From: Fidelibacterota bacterium
Lineage (GTDB): Bacteria > Fidelibacterota > Marinisomatia > Marinisomatales > TCS55
DNA: 13,452 nucleotides
Assembly: GCA_046861385.1 (NCBI GenBank)
Contig: JBHHTW010000045.1
Span: 1-13,452, forward strand
Direction of reading: 5' to 3'
The notes below the pieces were generated by a model. The model searched no databases and was not told the DNA's origin. It saw only the letters and a program-made list of their open reading frames with translations. This document shows, piece by piece, positions 1 to 7,264 of the stretch. A program made the position numbers and the translations under genes. Each line of letters starts with the position of its first letter. Position 1 is the first letter of the stretch.

Positions 1-13
1 GGGAATACTTGCT

Positions 14-57
14 AACGTCGTTCTTAACTCAATGCCTGCGGCGATTGAGTCAAGTCC
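14..57. repeat. Hairpin-containing direct repeat, copy 1 (44 bp; REP-like element or structured RNA motif)
   Basis: 14-57 matches 65-108 at 43/44 positions (18-57 and 69-108 are identical over 40 bp). Internal inverted repeat CTTAACTCAAT (23-33) / ATTGAGTCAAG (44-54) surrounds GCCTGCGGCG. Confidence 0.9.
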
Positions 58-64
58 TCGATTC

Positions 65-108
65 AACATCGTTCTTAACTCAATGCCTGCGGCGATTGAG
101 TCAAGTCC
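65..108. repeat. Hairpin-containing direct repeat, copy 2
   Basis: Second copy at a 51-bp period, separated by 7 nt (TCGATTC, 58-64). Hairpin spans 74-105. Ends 33 nt before the ATG at 142. Confidence 0.9.
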
Positions 109-141
109 GAACACTTTTCTTACAAATCACGGAAAAATAAA

Positions 142-3100
142 ATGACTCATCGCAATGGAAAAATGTTAAAAGGATGGTTTTGGTTAATATTAATGGCGAC
201 CTTTATTGTGATCGTTATTGGCTTCGCTTTTATAAACCACCTCTACTTCAAGGAATCCATTGTCGGCAATTTTAACCAGCAGCAATTTGTACTCATCTCC
301 TCTATGGAAGCTGTCATTGAAGAGCATATTGATGAAGCGGTGCAAAATATTAGAACGATCGCACAACAACTCCACAAAAAAGGGGATTTTGAAAACAGCG
401 GGGATATTCTGTCATTAGTATACGAAAATCATCAGGAGGACTTTTTACGAATCGATATTATTAACAGCAATGGGAGGAGTATTGATCATATACCAAAGGA
501 TACGGGGAAAAGTAATAATATTATTATGATACAAGACGTTATTCTAAAATATACAGGTGAAGGAGACCAACTGCTCTTAACTCGAAGATGTTTTTTTGAT
601 CATCAAAGTGCTATTGGAATTATTCAGCCATTTACTTTACAGAATGGAGAACGATTTTTCAGTGTTGGTTTCCTTAGAATAGAAAGTTTTCTTGAAAAGC
701 ATTTTTCAAGTTGGAAAAACAGTGACGCCAGTTTCATATTAGCAAACAGTGACGGTGAAATATTGAGTATGCTGAATGTTGATCATGATCTGACAGACAG
801 TATGTCGAAAGGAAATATTCGGTCTCTTGATAAAACCTGCTTATCCTGCCACAAACCTGATGATTTTTCAGACATCAATCAATCTGTTGATAGAGGCGTA
901 AGCACTTCTTCCATATTTTATTCGCCGGACAAGACCGTAAAAAACCGGAATACTAAACCTATTGAACTATTTCAAGAAATATGGTCGTGGTCCGCCAGCA
1001 CACCCTATCAAACGATACAAGGAACTATTGATAAAAACTATAAAGTAAAATCACTATTCGCAATTTTTTCCCTGTTGATATTGGGAATGATTTCGTTTGT
1101 TGCATTCAGAGCAAATAAAAAAGAAGGATTGATTATAGCAGAGGCTGAAAATTTAAGAAAAATATCTGAAACATCTGCAGCCTTGTCAGAGAGTGAAAAC
1201 AGGTTTAAAACGCTGTTTGATGATTCAGTAGATGCCATATTTTTTACAACTAAAGAAGGAAGGTTCATTGATCTGAATCGATCAGGGTTGGAATTGTTTG
1301 GGTATACACGAGATGAAATATTGGATATCAATATTAAGAAAATATATGCAAACCCTAGAGACCGGAAAGTGTTTCAGCAAGCCATCGAAAAACTGGGATT
1401 CGTTAAAGATTATGAACTCGAATTACGAAAAAAAGACGGGACCAGAATTTATTGCAAGCTGAATGCTTCAATCAGAACAGATGATACCGGGCGGGTTATT
1501 GGTTACCAAGGGATTATCCATGATATTACCAAAAGCAAAGAAACCGAGGATGCTTTAAAACAGGCCGCTGAACTTGATAAAGAACGGATAAAAGCAATCC
1601 AAGAATCGTACGATACACTTCGTGCAAACCAAAATGCTACCATGAATATTATGGAGGATTTAACTCAGGAGATTGAACAGCGAAAAATAATTACTGAAGA
1701 CTTAAAATCGTCCCAGGAATATTCACAGAGTCTGATCGACAGCTCCCTGGATATGATTATCGCCGTAGATAAAAAACGTCGGATTACAGAATTCAATCGG
1801 GCAGCGGAAGAAGCCTTTGGGTATGAAAAAGAAAGCATATTAGGCAAGCATATCAATATTCTATATGCGGATGCTAACCAAGGTCGAAAAATTCATAAAA
1901 TGACCATAGAAAAAGGCAGGCATTTGCATGAGGTTTTAAATAAACGCAAGAATGGAGATGTTTTTCCCGCTCTGCTGGCATCATCAACTTTGAAAAATTC
2001 TAATGGAGAGATTATCGGCATGATGGGTGTCTCAAGGGATATTACGGAGCAAAAACGAATCAAAGAGGAACTAGAGGATAGTGAAAAAAAGTACCGCCTA
2101 CTCATCGAAAATGCGATTGAAGCAATTTATATAGCGCAAGATAATAAATTAACATTTGCGAATCCAATGGTTAGTTATATACTCGGTTATCCCCATCATG
2201 AAATATTATCGAGACCTTTTACTGACTTTATCCATCCGGATGATAAAGAGATGATAATAGAAAATTACTTAAAGAGAATAAAAGGGGAAAAGGTTCCAAA
2301 TAATTATGAATTCAGGGTTATTGATAAAAAGGGGAATGTGAAATGGCTATCAATATTATCAGTAAATATTGAATGGAACGATAGCCCGGCGACACTTAAT
2401 TTTTCATCTGATATTACTGAACGTAAAAATACTGAGAGAGAAATAAAAAGTTTAGCAAGATTTCCTGCTGAAAATCCAAATCCTATAATGCGCATAGACA
2501 GGGAAGGGATTCTTTTATATGCGAATAAACCGGCATTTTCAATGCCAGCTGAATGGAAACTAAAAATTGGAACAGTGGTGCCGGAAGTATTTCAAAACCT
2601 AATCAAAAAGACAAAAGACACAATTCCATACAATGAAGACATTGCCTGCGGGGATCGTATATTCTCTGCTACAGCATCACTTTCTCCTGATATGGATTTT
2701 TACGATATATTTGCAAGCGATATTACAGCACGTATCGAATTGGAAGAAAAAAGAAAACTGGCCCTTCACGAGGCTAGGAGAGCCAATAAAGTGAAAAATT
2801 TATTCTTAGCCAATATGTCTCACGAAATTCGCACACCCCTCAATACTATTTTGGGTTTTACTAATTTGGTCGAAGAAATGACGCGGGATTTTGTTGATGA
2901 GGAAGGAAAGAAATTTTTTACTATTATCAACAGCAGCGGTGCACGACTCATACATACCGTCCATGAAATATTGGATATTTCTCAGATTGAAGCGGGTACA
3001 TATATAATGAATATTGAGGAATTTAATTTAGTAACGGTTGTTCAAACATTGGTGCAAGGTATGGAGATGAGAGCCAAAGAGAAAAAATTAAGTCTCTCGT

Positions 3101-3525
3101 TCCATTTTACACGGAAAGAAATGTTCATCCGAGCCGATCAAAATGGAATTTCTCAATCTATTAATAATATTATTGATAATGCAATCAAGTATACTGAAAA
3201 AGGAGAAATCAACTTAATATTAAAACGAAAATCCAAACGTCCTGTCTTGACGATCAAAGATACAGGTATTGGCATGTCAAGAAAATATTTGAACAGATTA
3301 TTTGATACTTTTACCCAAGAAAGCGAAGGGTATACGAAGAAATTCCAAGGTATTGGATTGGGAATGTCTATCGTTAAAAGGCATCTGGATTTAAACCATG
3401 TGGATATTACCGTTAACAGCACAAAAGGGAAAGGGACGACAATTACCCTGATATTTCCGAGTCCTGAAACAGGTACTGCAGAAGATACGAAGAAAAGTAA
3501 CGTGAATTTGGAAGGGGAATCATAA
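142..3525 (+). CDS. Membrane-bound multi-PAS sensor histidine kinase (HK1) with an extracytoplasmic CxxCH putative heme c site
   Basis: TM1 ~aa 11-32 and TM2 ~aa 304-322 flank a ~270-aa Cache-like region containing CLSCH (aa 233-237). Four PAS/PAC units end in DIT motifs (HDITK, RDITE, SDITE, SDITA; the fourth is short or degenerate). H-box FLANMSHEIRTPLN (H894), N-box NIIDNAIKY, G1 DTGIG, G2 GIGLG. An alternative start at 163 is possible. Confidence 0.95.
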   Translation: MTHRNGKMLKGWFWLILMATFIVIVIGFAFINHLYFKESIVGNFNQQQFVLISSMEAVIEEHIDEAVQNIRTIAQQLHKKGDFENSGDILSLVYENHQEDFLRIDIINSNGRSIDHIPKDTGKSNNIIMIQDVILKYTGEGDQLLLTRRCFFDHQSAIGIIQPFTLQNGERFFSVGFLRIESFLEKHFSSWKNSDASFILANSDGEILSMLNVDHDLTDSMSKGNIRSLDKTCLSCHKPDDFSDINQSVDRGVSTSSIFYSPDKTVKNRNTKPIELFQEIWSWSASTPYQTIQGTIDKNYKVKSLFAIFSLLILGMISFVAFRANKKEGLIIAEAENLRKISETSAALSESENRFKTLFDDSVDAIFFTTKEGRFIDLNRSGLELFGYTRDEILDINIKKIYANPRDRKVFQQAIEKLGFVKDYELELRKKDGTRIYCKLNASIRTDDTGRVIGYQGIIHDITKSKETEDALKQAAELDKERIKAIQESYDTLRANQNATMNIMEDLTQEIEQRKIITEDLKSSQEYSQSLIDSSLDMIIAVDKKRRITEFNRAAEEAFGYEKESILGKHINILYADANQGRKIHKMTIEKGRHLHEVLNKRKNGDVFPALLASSTLKNSNGEIIGMMGVSRDITEQKRIKEELEDSEKKYRLLIENAIEAIYIAQDNKLTFANPMVSYILGYPHHEILSRPFTDFIHPDDKEMIIENYLKRIKGEKVPNNYEFRVIDKKGNVKWLSILSVNIEWNDSPATLNFSSDITERKNTEREIKSLARFPAENPNPIMRIDREGILLYANKPAFSMPAEWKLKIGTVVPEVFQNLIKKTKDTIPYNEDIACGDRIFSATASLSPDMDFYDIFASDITARIELEEKRKLALHEARRANKVKNLFLANMSHEIRTPLNTILGFTNLVEEMTRDFVDEEGKKFFTIINSSGARLIHTVHEILDISQIEAGTYIMNIEEFNLVTVVQTLVQGMEMRAKEKKLSLSFHFTRKEMFIRADQNGISQSINNIIDNAIKYTEKGEINLILKRKSKRPVLTIKDTGIGMSRKYLNRLFDTFTQESEGYTKKFQGIGLGMSIVKRHLDLNHVDITVNSTKGKGTTITLIFPSPETGTAEDTKKSNVNLEGES

Positions 3526-3908
3526 TGGGGGATATAAAAAAACCGTCCGTATTGGTTGTCGAAGATGATTTGAATTCACAAATTTTGATGAAATTTTACT
3601 TGAGGGACGATTATGAACTGGATTTTGTCACAACTGTAACCGAAGCTATCCAAAAATTAAAGAAACATCCTGTTGACATTATTTTATTGGACTTATCCCT
3701 TGATGGCGGGGAAGATGGCTTGGATTTAGCGAGATACATACGAAAAAAAGATACATGGCCAGGTATCGTCATCATTGCTACCACGGCCCATGCATTTTCT
3801 GGTGATAGGGATAATTGCATTACTGCCGGATGTAATGACTATATTAGTAAACCTATAACAAAAACAGATCTATTGGAAATGATGGGAAAATATAATCCTG
3901 GTATTTAA
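3525..3908 (+). CDS. Single-domain (CheY-like) response regulator receiver
   Basis: Acidic pocket VLVVEDD, phosphoacceptor in IILLD (D56), TAHA, and YISKP. No output domain. TAATG stop/start overlap with HK1, preceded by purine-rich GAAGGGGA (3511-3518). Confidence 0.95.
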   Translation: MGDIKKPSVLVVEDDLNSQILMKFYLRDDYELDFVTTVTEAIQKLKKHPVDIILLDLSLDGGEDGLDLARYIRKKDTWPGIVIIATTAHAFSGDRDNCITAGCNDYISKPITKTDLLEMMGKYNPGI

Positions 3909-3934
3909 ATTGAATATTCTCGGAATATTATAAA

Positions 3935-6769
3935 ATGACTTTTGAATTAAGAAAAAAACTCTTCAAGAAGGAAAAATTAGTCCCAGCTCTTATTTTTATC
4001 TTATTGGCTACAGTTATTGCTTCTGGTTGGACATTTACCCAACTACAGAAAAAACAGAATATCATTTTTAAAACAGATCTCATCACTTCACAAGTGGGTG
4101 AGCAATTAAAAGGAAATATAGACCGGTATTTAGAAGTATTAAGGTTATTACGAGAAGAATGGATTATAAATAGCATTAATACCGAAGTGAAATACGAAAA
4201 AGTCGTCGGTAATATCATAAGTGGTTACGACGGTTTTCATGGTATCAATTATATTGATCCTGAAGGTGTGATCAGATGGATAGTACCTGAAACACCAAAT
4301 ATTAAAGCAAAGAATAAAGATTTACACGATCATCCTTTTGCAGCTGAAACATTTATATTGGCTGAGAAAACGCGAAAAGATTACGCAACTCCTGTAGTAG
4401 AACTTTGGCAAGGCGGATTAGGTTTGGCGACGTATTTCCCATTAATCCGGGACGGACAACTGGAAGGGTATTTGAATGGCGTCTTTAAAATCCATGATTT
4501 TGTTCAGCATTATTTTGATCGGAATATTGATAATTATTTCTATTTGAGTCTAAAAGAAGATGGTCATGAATTCTACACAACTGAAGATAATAACACTGAA
4601 CGCAGTCATTCTATTTCAAGTGGTTATCCTATTATAATCCTAAATAGAAGTTGGGAATTATCTCTATCTCCAAAAACAGAATATTTTCAAACAAATGCAT
4701 CTAAAATCGAAAAATTAACTCTTCTTCTCCTTCTTACACTTTCGGGTGTTACTTCTTATGGTTATCGACTGGTACTTATAAGAAGAAATGAGCTAAAGAA
4801 TAGCGAAAAAAAATACAGAGATTTATTTGAAAAATCTGAAGATGCTTTATTAATTATTAAAAATGGACATTTTGTTGACTGTAATCAGGCAACGGTAAAA
4901 ATGCTTGGATATGACCACAAAAAAGAATTTTTAAATATGCATCCTTCTGAATTATCTCCGGCTCGACAGCCGGATGGAAGGCGCTCATTGGAAAAAGCAG
5001 ATGAAATGATGAAAATTGCTCTGGATAATGGGAGTAATCGTTTCGAATGGAATTATAAGAAAGCAGACGGAGAAGTATTTCTCGTTGAGGTATTGCTAAC
5101 GACCATTTCCAGCGATGATGAGACATCGATTATTCATACGGTTTGGAGGGATATTTCAGAAAGGGAACAATCAGATCGAATGAAATCAGCTATTTACCAG
5201 ATTTCCGATTCTGCCCATAGAACAAAAAATTTAAATTCATTATATAAATCGATATATGAATGCCTCCAGAAAGTTCTGAATGTTACCAATTTTTATATTG
5301 CTGTTTATAATGATAAAACCGAATTATTATCTTTCCCTTTTCTTGTGGATGAGCAGGATAGCAAACCAATTCCCAAACCACTTGGAAAGGGACTGACTGA
5401 ACATATCATCAGAAAAGGTCAGCCCCTTTATCTGGAAACAAAGGACATCCAAAAGCTGAATCGGGATGGAATAATTGATTTAATCGGTACTCTTCCCCGT
5501 CAGTGGCTAGGTTCTCCCCTAATTGCAAACGGTAAGGTGATCGGTGTGATTACTGTACAGAATTATAAAAAATATGATGTTTATGAACAACAAGATTTGG
5601 ACATGTTAGTCTATGTATCTGAACAGATCGCTCTTGCCATTGCTCACATGCAATCAGAGAAAGAATTGGAGGTCGAGAAAACCTATCTGGAGGAATTATT
5701 TACAAACTCTCCCGAAGCGGTAGCACTTGTGGATATTGATAGTAATATATTACGTATTAATAGTGAATTCACCTCACTATTCGGTTTTACAGAGTCGGAA
5801 GTCATCGGTAATAATATTGATGAATTAATATGCTCACCAGATCAGGAAAAAAGTGCCCAGGTGATGACACAACAAGTCCAAAAGGGACGTCGTGTATTTT
5901 CAGATGCAGTGCGAAGAAAAAAAGATGGAACTTTATTTCCCGTATCCATTTTGGGTTCCCCAATTAAATATAAGGGCGGCATTTTGGCTATTTATGCTGT
6001 TTATCGTGATATTTCAGAGAGAAAAAATGCTGAAAATGAATTAAGAATGTCTGAAAAAACACACCGCCTTCTATCAGAACAATTGACCGAAGCGAATATA
6101 ATGAAGGAAACGCTTTTGGATGTTATATCCCATGATTTAAAAAATCCCGCTGGAGTGATTTTAGGTTTTGCTGAATTGCTCCAGGAAGAAAATGGAGAGA
6201 ATGACATCGTCAGGGGAATTAGAAACAGCTCTAAAAGTTTGATCAATGTAATTGAAAATGCAACCATTCTTTCGAAAGTGACATTGGGTGAAACAGTTCA
6301 ATTTGAGCTGCTTGATTTGGTGAAGATAATTAAGGATATTTCGGAAGAGTTTAAACCCCAGTTTTCTAATAATGGTATGCAGCTGGATGTGAATCTGCCT
6401 GATAGTTTACCCATCTCGGGGAACCAGATTATTGGTGAGATTTTTAAAAATTATTTAAGCAATGCCATTAAATATGCCTCTGACGGAAAGAAAGTCATCA
6501 TTAATAGCAAGTTGACTAAAAAATCGGTTACAATCCTTTTCAATGATTTGGGAACGACTATACCAGTTGAGGAAAGGAAAATTGTTTTCGAAAGAGGCCG
6601 CCAATTAGGTGATGGAGAAAAAAGGGGGAGGGGTCTTGGTTTAGCGATAGTAAAACGGATTGCTGAAGCACATAATGGACAAGTTTGGGTCGAACCAAAT
6701 GAACCATCCGGAAACCGTTTTTGCCTGCGTTTACCGCTTCCTGGAGAAGGTAGTAATGATGTCCAATAG
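3935..6769 (+). CDS. Membrane-bound sensor histidine kinase (HK2; Cache/CHASE-like, PAS, GAF, PAS, HisKA, HATPase)
   Basis: TM ~aa 16-34 and ~aa 261-281. PAS with SPARQPDG motif, GAF (GLTEHIIRKGQPL...WLGSPL...VIGVITVQ), second PAS ending YRDISERK. H-box SHDLKNP (H733), N-box NYLSNAIKY, G2 GRGLGL. Confidence 0.95.
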   Translation: MTFELRKKLFKKEKLVPALIFILLATVIASGWTFTQLQKKQNIIFKTDLITSQVGEQLKGNIDRYLEVLRLLREEWIINSINTEVKYEKVVGNIISGYDGFHGINYIDPEGVIRWIVPETPNIKAKNKDLHDHPFAAETFILAEKTRKDYATPVVELWQGGLGLATYFPLIRDGQLEGYLNGVFKIHDFVQHYFDRNIDNYFYLSLKEDGHEFYTTEDNNTERSHSISSGYPIIILNRSWELSLSPKTEYFQTNASKIEKLTLLLLLTLSGVTSYGYRLVLIRRNELKNSEKKYRDLFEKSEDALLIIKNGHFVDCNQATVKMLGYDHKKEFLNMHPSELSPARQPDGRRSLEKADEMMKIALDNGSNRFEWNYKKADGEVFLVEVLLTTISSDDETSIIHTVWRDISEREQSDRMKSAIYQISDSAHRTKNLNSLYKSIYECLQKVLNVTNFYIAVYNDKTELLSFPFLVDEQDSKPIPKPLGKGLTEHIIRKGQPLYLETKDIQKLNRDGIIDLIGTLPRQWLGSPLIANGKVIGVITVQNYKKYDVYEQQDLDMLVYVSEQIALAIAHMQSEKELEVEKTYLEELFTNSPEAVALVDIDSNILRINSEFTSLFGFTESEVIGNNIDELICSPDQEKSAQVMTQQVQKGRRVFSDAVRRKKDGTLFPVSILGSPIKYKGGILAIYAVYRDISERKNAENELRMSEKTHRLLSEQLTEANIMKETLLDVISHDLKNPAGVILGFAELLQEENGENDIVRGIRNSSKSLINVIENATILSKVTLGETVQFELLDLVKIIKDISEEFKPQFSNNGMQLDVNLPDSLPISGNQIIGEIFKNYLSNAIKYASDGKKVIINSKLTKKSVTILFNDLGTTIPVEERKIVFERGRQLGDGEKRGRGLGLAIVKRIAEAHNGQVWVEPNEPSGNRFCLRLPLPGEGSNDVQ

Positions 6770-6807
6770 GAGGTCAGTGATATAATATTAGCTCACGGTA
6801 GCAGGCA

Positions 6808-7110
6808 TCAGTCTTGATTAAACTGTTGAACCGCGGTCGCTAAGTCCAACTCAAATTCTGAAACAAAAGATTCTACTGATTGGATATTTTCGGCATGGGC
6901 TGCTTCGTTGATTTTTCCACCAAAGTCCGTAAAATTATCAAAACCATAGCCGCCCCCGGTTCCTTTCAGGTTATGACTAAATTTTCTAATTTCCTGAAAA
7001 TTGCTATTCTGGATGGATATTTTAACCTTGGCGACTTCCTTCAGGAGATAATCCAGGTATCTTCTAATTAATGCTTGAAACTCAGGGTCGTTGTATAACT
7101 CATTATCCAT
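6808..7110 (-). CDS. Stand-alone histidine phosphotransfer (Hpt) protein
   Basis: 100-aa predicted helical protein with the Hpt signature SHNLKGTGGGYG (H46; HxLKG...G), adjacent to two kinases and a receiver. Confidence 0.9.
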   Translation of the reverse strand: MDNELYNDPEFQALIRRYLDYLLKEVAKVKISIQNSNFQEIRKFSHNLKGTGGGYGFDNFTDFGGKINEAAHAENIQSVESFVSEFELDLATAVQQFNQD

Positions 7111-7180
7111 ATTATTAATTTAATCGCTTTGTATAATAAAAAAACAGTCCTTTTAAAAAAGACAGGTCATGGATGGAACC

Positions 7181-7189
7181 ATTATATCA
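7181..7189 (-). promoter_or_regulatory. Candidate extended -10 promoter (TGnTATAAT) for the Hpt gene
   Basis: Plus-strand ATTATATCA reads TGATATAAT on the minus strand, ~70 nt upstream of the Hpt ATG in the divergent intergenic region. AT-rich DNA makes chance matches plausible. Confidence 0.4.
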
Positions 7190-7264
7190 GGATGTAATTA
7201 GAAGGATATTCCTTTTTAACCAATAAATAATGAATGAAATTCCCCGGCAGTTTTTTGCAGGAAT

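Noticed and set aside
14-108. CRISPR array
   Set aside because: Only two copies, the 7-11 nt gap is far too short for a spacer, no copy sits at the same period upstream, and no cas genes are present. More distant copies left of the window cannot be excluded.
10-112. Integron attC sites (ATTCAAC at 61-67 fits RYYYAAC)
   Set aside because: No matching GTTRRRY at the far end (GTC instead), the units are shorter than typical attC sites, and there is no cassette ORF between the copies.
23-120. Intrinsic terminators
   Set aside because: No T-tract directly follows either hairpin on either strand.
7147-7217. Small inverted repeats in the hpt-typA divergent region (e.g. AAGGA-TAT-TCCTT, 7202-7214)
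   Set aside because: The stems are short and AT-rich, within chance expectation, and match no operator I can name.
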